Shown here one piece after another: positions 38,919 to 51,102 of a DNA stretch of 64,000 nt. Position 1 is the stretch's first letter. Every line of letters starts with the position of its first letter. A program made the position numbers and the translations under genes. Where the stretch lies: contig NW_026250414.1 of the NCBI RefSeq assembly GCF_024521635.1, positions 620,001 to 684,000 on the forward strand, given 5' to 3'. The notes beneath the pieces were generated by a model. That model searched no databases, was not told the DNA's origin, and saw only the letters and a program-made list of their open reading frames with translations. The DNA is from Tricharina praecox. Lineage: Eukaryota.

Positions 38919-40878
38919 ATGGCCCCGTCGGCGGTTCGTTCTCAGAACTTCGTCAGCACAACTCCTAAGCGCGATCCGTTTGCCGACTCAGAGCACTACC
39001 CTCTCAACAGCCCGACATGGCGCGATCCCATCAGCGTCGACCTGAAGCGCTGCAAAAAGGATCTGAATGAAGCCGGCACGAAGATCTTCGGCAGCGTCAC
39101 CCAATTCGACGTCGTAGCAGTCAATTACTTCAAGGAAAGAGACGGTAGGTACAGTGCTAGCGAACGAATGAACGATGGCAAAGATAGATTCCGTGCTGAC
39201 TGTGTGCGCAAGCGATAACCTCCCAATTTTCAACCGCTAGGGTTTGCGATGAGGGGGGATTGAGGTCGGTTCTCTCATCGTGTAACAGTGGGATACCCTT
39301 GTACCTCGAGCCCGGCCCGGACAGAGCCTACGCGGATCATAGTCCGCCGGACGACGACTCAAGCTCGAACAGCAGCTTTGTGCAGGTTTTGCCTGCCGAT
39401 GTCGAGAAACGCATCGATCGCACTGCCGTCGGTCAGCATGTGGAGCCTCTCACTCTTGTCGGTCAGCATATGTTCTTGTGCGTACTTTCATCTCCGTCCT
39501 CGAATGGCTCGCGCAGACAGATTGACTAAAACCTTATCTTCCGCGTGTTTTTAGCTTTCTGAAACCCAAATATTCGTTTGGGGCGCTCTTGATCTCGCTG
39601 GAGATCCAACGGAAACTTCTGACGGCTCTGAACGTGTTCCCCGCCTTCTTGGATATTCTGCATCTGTTTGGGGATAAGTGCGATGAGATGAATGAGGACT
39701 ATGCTGTCTATCAGCAAGAGATCACCTGGGAAAGGGACAAATATATGAACGCAACCAAAACTCCCGAAGCATTCGGTAAGTGCACTTCATCTGTTGTGCT
39801 TCCATGCTTGCCTTGCGAGACCTCATTGGCTGAGCTACAGAACAACAGAGATCTGTTACAACTTCCGCTATATTGATCAGGCCGTGAAGGGCCAGGGCGA
39901 AAGTTTCACGTGGAGGCGGAAGAAAATGGGCTTCTATTCCAAATATGTGCCGGCAACCAAGACGAGCACGTGGATATCCGTACTTGCGCCCAGAGAATGC
40001 GTACCCCGCTTGAAGGATGTGTTCACGAGCGATCCAATGCATCCGCGAGAAAGACGCCATGATCTAGATATTCATATCTTATTCATGCAGATTGCAACCC
40101 GGAGTTGGCTGCCGTACATCAATGCATTAGACGATGATCTGAGGAAGATGGTCTGCCCACTTAACTCCATTTTCGACTCCCGGAACACTCTGGCTGACTG
40201 CTCCGAAGGACAAACGGGCGTTCCTGTGGCGGCCAAAGCCGGGGAACCTAATCCTGAAAGCGCACAAAGATTCAGAGCTAGAGCTCGTTGACACGCAACG
40301 CGTACAGAAATTCAAGATCGAGCTGCTAACGATGATCCACGCACTCGAAGTCAACCAGGCCAATATCGCCTCTCTCCGACGAGGCATAGAATCCTTCCGC
40401 AGAAAGACCAATGTCTACATCACCGACGACCAGTACAAGCAGTACGACGAAGACCTCGAGGACCTTCACATCCTGCTGAGCCAGCACAAGGTACGTGTCA
40501 GTAATCTACTGCAGCGCGCCGAGAGCCTCTTCGCCCTCATCATCACCATCATTCCCTACAACTATGCGCGCCACGAAAACACCCTGATGTTGCAGCTATC
40601 CGAGAAGGCAGCCGTGTATGCCAAGTCGATGAAGGTCATCACGGTCGTCTGTATGCTTTATCTGCCGCCATCCGTCGTAGCCGTATGTCATCACCCTTTC
40701 CCCCCTACCGTTTACCCAAGATGTTGATATGTGCCAGAGCATATTTGGGATGGGCTTTAGCGATCCGACGTGGTCGACTTCGGTCACGTGGATCGTTTTC
40801 ACTGCCATTACCATAGGCCTGGCGATGTTGAGTATTTTAGTCTGGCTGTGGTGGGAAAAAAAATGCGCAAAAGAATAG
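38919..40878 (+). CDS. CorA-like two-TM protein C3
   Basis: SEHYPLN, FLKPKYSFG, VFPAFLDILHLFG, EICYNFRYI, MKVITVVCMLYLPPSVVA|SIFGMGFS, second TM ending WLWWEKKCAKE*. Intron pattern is similar to C2. Confidence 0.88.
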
Positions 40879-43800
40879 GCGGGGAAGGAGGGAAAACGAC
40901 GGGCGACAGATAAGGGGCTTCGATACGACTGGTGGCTCCGTGGATCACCGGATGGAAAATGATGCGGGGGACGACGAGAAGGGTTGTTTACGGGGGCGGC
41001 CGGTTGCCAGGCATATGGAAAACGGTTGTGTGGGATGGCAGTTCCAACTGCCGGGCGCGAATCCTCAGGTCATCCAAGTTGCGACTTGGGTGATTATCTG
41101 AATGTTAACTACAGTTAAGGGTAGTTTTGTGGTATGGATTTGCAGGGCATATCACCGGCGTGTGGTATCCGGCGCCGGGCTAGGCGAGAGAAGATGGTTG
41201 GGGGGGGGAGGGGGGGGTACAGAAGATGGAGGAGACTCTGGGACTGCGGGAATGGGACATGACGCTGTGGCGATTGTCGGGGGAGGAGGAGAGAGCGCTA
41301 TTTTCTTGACAGACATACTTGTCAAGCAGGTGGGTAATTGATGTTTTACCCCGGCCCATGGGTGCCTATCCTGCAGTCGATTCTGGCGAGCGGAATCTGG
41401 GGTTCTTTTCGGTTTCGTGAATAGGTGATCGTCGAAAATCAATCCGTCCGCCGCACTTCCAGGAATTCACGATTGAGCGGCCCGTCGACCATGACAACGA
41501 GAAGCTAACCTTACGAAGCCACGACACTGCGAGGAGCAGCACATTGCCACCGTGCACCTGCAGCTACCCACGGTCGGTAGGGATTCGCGAAACATCCAGG
41601 TGGCTGTGGGGGGTGTCGGAGGCAAACTCTCTCCACGGACGTCTTGAGGAATGACATCTTGTCGGAGAAAGATTATGTCAACGAGAATCAGATTCGGGAG
41701 AGGGCGATTCGAGAAGCGAACGTGTTTGGCTGGAGGGTATCGAAACTCCCTTACTTCTGACGGTCGCATCCGATTCCTTGGAACGCACTATGTCGGGTTC
41801 CGCAGTCTCACAGCCTCACTCAGTCATTCGTCGACCAGAACGCGAATCGAATTGGCGGCGAACAGCGAGCTTCAATCGTGCATAGTATGGAGGCGGATTC
41901 CTACGCGCTGAGCCCACTTTTTGTTGGCGGGTTCCCTCGTGTGCGTCCTCAGGTCCAGAGCCGAGAGTGGCGTTGCATCTGACGATGGCTGGGCCGTGGC
42001 CGGCCGCAGACGGCAGGCCAGGTGTTTCATGGCCAGCTCACAGAGGGACTCATGGTTGGTATGCGATCACTCCATTACTACGGTATTGGTGGGAATGCAG
42101 CTTTGCCAGAAGCCGAGCCTCCGGGTAATTGCGGGTGGGCTGAGGTTTCGACGAGCCGATGCAAAGAATGCCTAGATCGAGCAAGTTTAGGAGGCCTGTG
42201 CGCTGGACGATGCTCTCATGCAGTCATGGCACGTCAATCCCGCGGTGGGCGCGAGTTTTCACGTCACCGACGTGAGAAATGCGCCGACCACAGAGCTGAA
42301 CGAACATCGTCGGAGATCCACGTGCTCCCTATTGGTAGTCTGGGCGAGGTATTCTTTTCGGCCGCCCGAGTACCCTCCTCCTGCTTCTCCAAACAGATCT
42401 ATGGGCTCAGCGACTCAGCCGCTGTCTCGAGTCTCGACTATAAAATGCCAGTTATCTCAACTTTCAATGACAGATCTAATCTCGGATTACGGTACAGGGG
42501 GAAAGTCATCGTATAGTAGACCATTCGGCCGTCCCGAGTACCCACTCTAAATACCTACCAGATGGGATGGCGACATGGACCAATTATACCTCCAGTACCG
42601 TTTGTAGCGGTGGCCACAGTCTGAGAAGCGAGAATAACTAATGGCCGAGTTAACTATCGCCAAATCCACGGCGAACATGTAGAAAAGCCTCCCGCAACAC
42701 GCTGCATACTAGTCCGTGAACCCCGCCGTAATCTACGAGCCGCATACCATACAATAGAATACTGACAATTAGGCAGAAACGTTGGCAATCCGACCATACC
42801 AGTCCGCAGCCAAATAAGCACGCATAGATAGTTACCCGACGACGGAACAAACGCTGCATTCACGCTCACCGGTCACTGGCAGACCGACTGTTGCGCATGT
42901 TTCAACATCTGCCCAATCATCGCCAGAATAGGTAGGTAGGGTGGGGTGAGAAGCTCGAGGAATTCCTTCGGCCAGTCTGTTGTTTGTGGTGACTTGATGA
43001 GTGTAGGCAACTTAAGGGATCGACGAAGGACTCGGCAACAAGTGGCTGGCTGGCTGCCACGGAGTAGCACCCGGCTTGACGGATTGGCTGGAGGGACGAG
43101 ATGAAGCGGCGGGATCGACGCGCGGCATTGGGGGGAACAGGATTCGTAACTGCGGATTCATTGGTGTGGAATCTGGATTATTCGCCAATGAGGCGGCACG
43201 AAGCTTGATGGTCAGAATAGTAAGCCTTGTCGTTTAGATGCCGGGTATATTATTGTACCAGTGTAGCGTGTGGCGGGCATTGGATCGACCGCACAACCAA
43301 CTTGATATACCACCACCGCCGTCCACGACCTCACTTCTCACTTCTCACAATTCCTAGCTCCTCAAGTGGCGACCCATGCAATGCTACATAAGTAGGTATA
43401 GATAGTAGGAATTGTCCGCCCTATCAATCTCTACCTAGGTACTGCAGTACTTCATAACTCTCACAGAGTTGCTGGCACAAGCCTCAATCGCGAATTGTGA
43501 ATCTGTGAAGCCTCGCAAATTCAAATCTACCCAGCACCTTCGGACATCAGTTCTTGCTCGATTCTTCAGCTTTGATCCTATCAAGTCCTATGGAGACTGC
43601 GGCGACCCAACTTGCACCTGCCGCCAGCGGATTAGTCCATACTCCGATTTTGAAAGTATAATACTACTGTGCTGTGGGTCTGAATACCTACTGTAGCAAA
43701 AAAGAAGGGGGGGTTATCGGTATGGCGGCAGTTATTAAATACAGATACTCAAAAAACGGTGAAATATTTACAGCAGGAAAAGGAGTAGAATATCCAAAGC

Positions 43801-44757
43801 AATGCCCGATGACATTTCGGTGCGTAATCATGTGATTAATCCTGTTGTTTGATATTGGTCGCACTATCGCCACGAGTCGGCATTCAAATGAATGCGACTT
43901 CGCGCAACTCTCATAACCTTACTAGTTCGATTTTAGTAACGGAATGGAATTTTATAAACGTCGCACACATATAAAATTTTCCTCCGCCTTGCCCTCCTCA
44001 CCACCTCCCATGCAGTTCTTGTGTTCCTCGATGTCGGTCCCCATCTCCATACCCATCTCAATGACCATCTCAATGTCAATGTCCATCTGCTCGTCGGAGG
44101 CGGGGGCGATAGTCTTCATTGTGGGGTTGATAGTAGTGCTCATTGAGTCAGTCGCTGACTGTATTGTAGAGGTTGTGGGTTCGAACGGTTTGTAGTAGAG
44201 AATTGTTGATCGGTGGGGGTTTTTGATTATCGATCGTCCGATGGATGGTGTGGGAGGAAGAAGAGAGAGAGATAGAGAGAGAGGAAGGTAGTTGGGGAGG
44301 AGATATCCAGTGGCGGCAAAGTGAAAACCCACCTGGTGCTGGAGGTGAATCGCCGCTGCGAGGCGTTATTGAGGCTTGTCGCTGCCACCGTCGAGGCATA
44401 TACAACCACTCGCGAACAGAGTGATGCATCGTGAAGCGCTGCCGGAGAAGCGCGGAGCAGCGTGTACAGCTGCGATCACTCGTGGACAGCTATCAATCCA
44501 GGCACCGTGTCTACATATCTAGTCAGAGTTTTACGCCGTGTGCAGCACCTGGAGAGCTGCAGTCAGACATGGACAGCTATAGTCACATGGCATCGTGCCT
44601 ATTCAATGAGTATGTCGCACCATGTGCAGTTCAGGCCCGCCGGATTTTTTTTTCCTGATGTACCAAAGTATGCTGCACATCACATTTGATGTCTTTCCAA
44701 CTCTCGTCACATTCCCAGCAGATCCTGATTCGTCCGTGGAAGCGACCGGCCGCCGTA

Positions 44758-44796
44758 GGGAGTCGGGAGTCGGGAGTCGGGAGTCGGGAGTCGGGA
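44758..44796. repeat. (GGGAGTC)5 tandem repeat
   Basis: Read directly. Confidence 0.95.
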
Positions 44797-45660
44797 CTGC
44801 TTTTCGATAATATCGTTCGCTCGAACTCATACGAGTGACTTGAATTATTCATTGTTCATATGACAGCTTGGAGTCCTGGTTAAGTCTATAGCCGGTATAG
44901 AAAGGAAAAACAACAACCAAATTTCAAAAGCAAAAACAGAAACAGGTGCGTAAACTAGAAAGTAAAACCTGACAAAGGAGATCCTCCCAGGATCCTCCAC
45001 CGGGCCGCCGGCCATCGCGCCCTCCTTCCCCATATCCGTGCTCAGTTGTGTTAGAAAACTCGTTCGTCAGGAGACAACTGTCTCGGGTTGTCGTCGTTGT
45101 TGTTTTTTCTGTTGGTTCATGGTCGTCGTGATCCTGGCGGTGTGCCTGGCCTGGGCTCTCCCCCCTGGAGTTCACCTGTCTCCGAGCAACTTTAAAGTTG
45201 GGGCAGATACACCAAAACGTCGCCAATGATAGTAGACCTCGAACTTGAAGACTTATCATTCAATCCGAAAAACATATTCAAAATAGTACGAGTACATTCA
45301 ATCCCACAAGCTACCTCCGATCTCATGAAATCCCGCAAAAATGAAACAGACTGCAAATCACGCTCTCTGGCAGTAACGATGCCACCCGATAACCCGACCT
45401 CCGAATAGACAAAATACCACCAATAAAAGGCCCCTACAGGCGACATAAAGAAATCCTTACATAAGAACTCAAAGAACCCATAGACCCAAAACCCGCAAAA
45501 CATTAGTACACCCTTCTAGTCCTCCCATTCGGCGCGGAGACAAAAAAAAAGACCACACATCACACCCGCCCCGAAACACCCCCCACCCCCGCATCATCCC
45601 GAGGCCCCGAACCATAAACGCGGTCTTTCTTCAAAGCGCGTCTATGCTGGACCGGCAGGC

Positions 45661-47748
45661 CTATCGCCCCCAGCCTCGCTCGAAGTCTCGTAAGCCTCGT
45701 CCCTTTGACGGAGGTCGGGCTCTGCCGATGGTGACCGAACCTGGATCACTATTGGAACCGCTGCTTCGGCACCGCCAATCTGTGCTGGTGTCGGGATAAC
45801 GATATCCTCCATTTGGTATGGGGACCGCCCCTGTGATATCGCTGGTAACTGTTAGCATCCGACACTCTCTTTCCCTCATCGAACGGCATGACCTACAATA
45901 TCGCGCACGTTTCTCTGCACGGCCAGCCTCGCCGGGCACTTCCAAGCTGTTCTTGACGCCACCGGCCCGTTGGAGAGGAGTCACAGAGTACTATGTTCTA
46001 TGTCAGAGATAGTCGGTACGGGTGGGACAGTTCTGTAGCTGCTTACCGTGGGAGTGAGTGTAGCAAATTTCGGCGGGATTGGTGGAACAACCGGTGTCGT
46101 GGCTTCCAACGCTTCCTGCAAGCCCACTCGAGCATCGTTCGCCGTCACACGGCCGTCGGCTTCGTAGTTGAGCATTTTTCGCAATATCGCGGCCGCCATC
46201 CCTGTAAGACCTCCGACCGCCTCGGATTCCGACAGTAGTGTCTCGACCGCCGGGATGAGGACCTTATTCCCGTAGAAGCTGGACCCGATGACACTCACCC
46301 CGTGGTGGGTTGTATCGTAATTTTTCCGGTCTTTGGCAAACTGCTCGACACCCGCCGCGCCTTTGGCAAGCCAGACGAGAATCACACATCCAATGCAACC
46401 CAAAGCCCACCTGCAAATCAATATTAGCAACCCGGCCAGTCTAGAGAGGCGGTCGACATGACTCCACTCACACATCATATCCCCGCCCCACTTTCTCCCA
46501 CTGTGGTGGGCCCCACTCGTCGCTTCCTGCTCTTCTTCCGGTCTTGGATAGATCGGCGTTCATCTCCTTCTTTTCCTTGTAGTGAGCCAATCCCAAGTCG
46601 ATGATAGTCCAGAAAGAGTCCCCGAAAATCATGATGTTGTGTGGTTTCTATCAGGACAATATTAGTAAGCTTTCATAGAAGGGCTTCAAGAATACTCACC
46701 AGATCAAAGTGATACCCCAGCCGATCGGCTCTGCCGGTATGAATATGGTTGAGACCTTCGAGAAGCCCCATGAACTGGCTCCAAGTGAAATGATGGTCAA
46801 GGTAAGGCCCCGATGGGTTTCTGCGAAACAGTTCCTGCAGACTGCCACCTTCGGCGAACGGATAGATGTGGATGAAGATGCCCTTATGGTCGAGGGATGC
46901 TAGAAGAGATATCACTCGAGGATGGAGAAATTTCGAATTATTGAGCATTTCCTTAGCACAGTCCTGGCCAGCCACCACGAGACTAGGGTCGCTGTAAGTC
47001 TTGACGGCCACAAAACCTTCTCCCTGTATCTAGTCAGCACTTAGCTCGGCTAATATGCACATGATGGTCATACCTGGACTTTTTCAAAATCGTGGAAGCC
47101 CTTTAGCAATCGCGCTTTGTACACCACAGAGTAGCCTCCCTTCCCGACCTCCTTGATGATGTTGAGGGGGAGAATCTGATTCTCGTTGATATGCCGGTGG
47201 TTATAACGATCTTCGTACCAAAGGTTGACGATGAAGTAGTTGAAGAAGTTGGAGTATTCGGTCGTGTCTGCGGTCGTCTCCTCAGTGTCATCGGGTTCCC
47301 CAGAGACCAGAATGTTGAATGTCCACTGGGAGATTGGGGGTTTATCACCGGATTCCGAAGGAGGGTTAAAATCCAGCTCCCTGGATCCAGCCAGCTTTTG
47401 ATCCGAGTACCCTTTTTCCATGAATTTGAAGACGGGCCGTATATCCATCATCTGTATGAGCAGGAAAGCCAATACTCCAACGTAGGTGGCGGTGGTCCTT
47501 GGTCCGCCGTTCCTGCTACTGCTAGGGTCGCCTCGGATCTCCTGAACTGTCTCATCGGTTGGGATCCCGGGTGGACAATGGGCACAATCACAACTTAACA
47601 ACTCCTTGATTCGAGCTGCAGTGAAGAACTCCATCAGCTTGTTGTGGCAGTGTACCTGGACACTGCCTTGCTTGCGTGGCCGCTCCAACTTCTCGCCGAG
47701 TTTTGCCCCCTTGATCGACCTCCGTATCCCGTCGCAAGAAGATGGCAT
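45661..47748 (-). CDS. Ser/Thr protein kinase K2 (non-RD), paralog of K1
   Basis: Exons 47748-47074, 47023-46700, 46647-46472, 46410 onward give GKGGYSVVY, FVAVK, YHFDL|KPHN, IIDLGL, WGPPQ, GYDV|WALGC, RVTA. The 3' exon boundaries are less certain. Confidence 0.9.
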
Positions 47749-50595
47749 CACGCCGAGTGTTTGTTGACCCCTGGATTTCAAGTTTGACGACGGATAGATT
47801 TCGTACTTTTCGAGGGCCTGAAGAGTGGATATTGATTATGCTAGGGGTAGTCGACGGGTTATAGGACAACTTGCGAGGATAGTGGATATTGGGGTTAGAG
47901 AAACTGGGAGGTTTTCCTGAAGGCAGTGGAGTTAGAACCGGAATAGAGATGCTCCTGGGGGAAAGAATCTATGAATCTTATATACCTCCAATGCGATGTG
48001 CCAGAAGGCTGTCACGTCTATTGAGCACACGCGCAGGATATACTGCCACCAATCAAGCTTCTTACAGCACGCGCATGGTGGGCGGTGCGCACGGTGTGCG
48101 CGATGTGCGCCAGACTTCAACTGCCATTACTCATGTTGTGGCAGTGGTGCCGCGGGTGTTATATGTGTGCTCACTCGTTTTTCAGCGTGGCAGCCTCGTC
48201 TCTAGGTTTGCACAGCTCGTATCGGATCCCTTCATTAAAAGTCCTCCCACTACTATGGTTCGTCAGCGGCTCGCCTGTGGGTTGCTGGGGGGATGCCTGC
48301 AGGACATCGCACATCGCACATCGTTCGTCGCGTATGCCCCGTCGCGCTTGACCAGCCGGGACCAGTCACAGTCATCTCGTGCCTGTAGGCACGCTCGAAG
48401 GAGCATTAAACTTTGTGTTAGTGGTAGGATCAGTCATAGGTGGAGATGGAGAGATGGAGTGGAAGGAAGACGGTGAGTCATGTGTTCGAGGGGCTCTGAC
48501 CAATTTAGCTCACATGGCAACTCGGCCATCTTCGCCCGTTTGCAGTTTGATTCCGGATCAGGACGACGAGGCTGTAGGATTCAGCTGTGTGTAACAGCCA
48601 AAGATTTCGTAGAGTCGCTTTCGTCATGTGAAGGAAACCCATATGGTCAGATAGGCGGCGAACGTCAGGCATCACTGGCTGTTGTTCATGCCGCCGACTA
48701 TGGATGGCCCACAGTGGCAGTGTCGAACACGAGGTGAAACATCTTTCTGTGTGAGAGTTCGGACCCGGCCGGCTGAGGATATGCATGGAATTGGTTCGGC
48801 ATACTGCCCATCTATGGGATGCATGTAGGTGGGTATGCGCAGCCATAGGCCAAAGTTAAGCGCTGGACTGAACGGTATATACGTTTGTTTCTATGGCAGA
48901 TCAACTGTCAGGATATGATACCAACTCAAGGCTCCAAGCACGTAGCGACGTGTTCACGGACGACTGACCACGGAAACCACCACCCTCAGGTCCTAGAGGC
49001 GGGGTGCGTGCGTGGTTGCGCACTTCGTTCGTAACATGGCCTCCTGGGGAATCTCTTCAGGTTTGCCTCGCTGACTGCCGTCTGAGGCTTGATCAAACTA
49101 TGAGTCGACAGAGGAGGAAGGCTCGCTCGCCACCGCGAATGATCGCATCATGAGAAATCACTGGGGAGGTCGTAGCCTCGCGATAAACTGCAGGGATTAG
49201 GTGTTAGCCCGTACTTATGAAACACATTTCAGTTGTATGTCGTTCGAATAGTACGGAGAAGGATGAGAGAGCTGATAACAGTGAAGAAGGCTTCGCAAAC
49301 GCCAAGAGACATTACACGTAAGTACTAAACAGGCAAGTATCCGGGTGATAAAACCAACACTTCCCCTCATTAGCAATTGCCATAACTTTAACATTCTCGG
49401 GAAGCTGACCTTCAAGCAGACCTTCGCTGATGGCGATGGGCTGGACTGGTGAATTTTTGCACAGCCATGAATGTCGGGTTTCGTAGCCTCGTTGCTTGAC
49501 GCTCCGGGAAGGCTGGTTATTTGGTTGGCATATAGGGACAACTAGCCCTATGGCCAGGCTGGTAGGGCGACGTCACCTGTTGGCTATCGGTATATCGGTA
49601 GCAGGCTGGATCCGCCGGCTGGTATGGGTGCCTGAACTAGGCAGGCTGCCCGTATGCAGAACACACAAGATCGCCGGTGCAGCCGCGGTCCATAACTGCG
49701 GTTTGTACGCTCGAGACCGCCGTAGACGCGTGAGGGCGGTTTTGCAGACGGCCCTTTTGCAAAGAGCCCTCCAGGCAGGCGGCGGGGGTGAGATCAGAGC
49801 ACACACAGAGGAAAGAGGGGGTAGGGGTTGATCGTCTATTGCGTAGACGAGGATGAGAGGGAGAGAGAGAAAGAGAGGGCAGGTCTCTCACGTTCGCTCC
49901 CTCCCCGCCGGCTGCCCTTGCCATCCACACTAACTACATTCGTTTCCTCTCGCCGGCAGTTCATCCATCACTCCGCTACAGCGGGTTGACTTACTTTAGT
50001 GGTGGACGAGGGGTGGGATCGTCCGCTGGTGCGATGTTGAGCCCCCCCCCCCACATAACAGATAAAGCAGCAAGGCTCTCACTTCAGATCCTCAGTCCGC
50101 ATTCAATATTCATTCCAAGAACCTAAACCGCGCTACTCATTACCAGGATCTTTGTTTCGGCCATGAACTACGGCTTCCTTTTGCTTGTCAGGCTGGCGGC
50201 TGGAAAAGCACTGGTTATTAATATTCCGGGTACATAGCCGGCCCGGCTGGCATGTTTCTTTGTTCATTGGTTCAGCCTTGGATCACCAACTAAGCCCATT
50301 GAGCCTTGAGGGGCGCGGAAGCAGATGTGGCTTGGCGTTGTCCGAGAGAGAGAGAGAGAGAGAGAGAGATATTCTTGTTTTATTTCGCATGCAGTCTATC
50401 TAGACTATGGCGAACTAACGAACTCCTTTTCCTGCCCGCCCTGGCCGGTCTAGGTGAAAGCCCCGGTGCCGGCCAGTCCGATGCGGCGCCCCACTTCCCC
50501 TACCCATCCGCCTCGGGCCGACACAAGCAAAAAAGATGGCGTTCTCCGATGTGCATCGAACCAGCGGGACTTAGCCAGACCTGAGTGAGACCAGA

Positions 50596-50790
50596 CCGAG
50601 AACCGCACACCATGCCGTGAACTGAACACCGCACCCAGAACCTTACGCCGAACCGAGACCCACATGCTATACCGAGAACCGCACACCGTACCGAGAACCT
50701 TACGCCGAACCGAGACCCATACTGCCGTTGCTCCGCCATCCACCGTACCCAGAACCTTACGCCCATCCACCAAACTGAGAACCGCCCATC
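50596..50790 (+). repeat. degenerate repeat array (CCGAGAACC/CCCAGAACC units), related to an inverted copy at ~58990-59112
   Basis: Internal repeats such as AGAACCTTACGCCGAACCGAGACCCA occur twice. Confidence 0.7.
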
Positions 50791-50822
50791 CGTGCACGCC
50801 ATGGCTACTATGCATGGCCATA

Positions 50823-50840
50823 ACCACAACCACAACCACA

Positions 50841-50871
<31 letters not shown>

Positions 50872-51102
50872 GTATGATACTCTAAAAATTTCAGATCTCT
50901 GCCGTGCTAGATATTTGTAATGTGAACCCGCAGAAATAAATGCGTGACCTTCCGAGTCCCGACTGCACCGGCATACCGCCCGCACGAGCATTACCGGGAT
51001 CAACAACCGCTTTACTTCGGCTCCATTGCCTCTCCATCCCTCCATCCCTCCATCTCTCCATCTCTCCATCTCTCCATCTCTCCATCTCTCCATCCATCCA
51101 TC
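50823..51102. repeat. microsatellites (ACCACA)3(ACCACG)5 at 50823-50870 and (CCATCYCT)n at ~51030-51102
   Basis: Read directly. Confidence 0.9.

Noticed and set aside
41152-42550. Overlapping ORFs between C3 and K2
   Set aside because: No recognisable domain or consistent splice model; no S-family motif found.
43800-44143. Possible C2H2 zinc-finger gene on the minus strand (FIC|YESC..NHMITH)
   Set aside because: Canonical spacing would need a 32-nt intron whose removal creates a frameshift and stop; at best a relic.
47889-48476. 195-aa ORF upstream of K2
   Set aside because: Non-ATG start, overlaps the K2 promoter/TATA region, and shows no homology cues.
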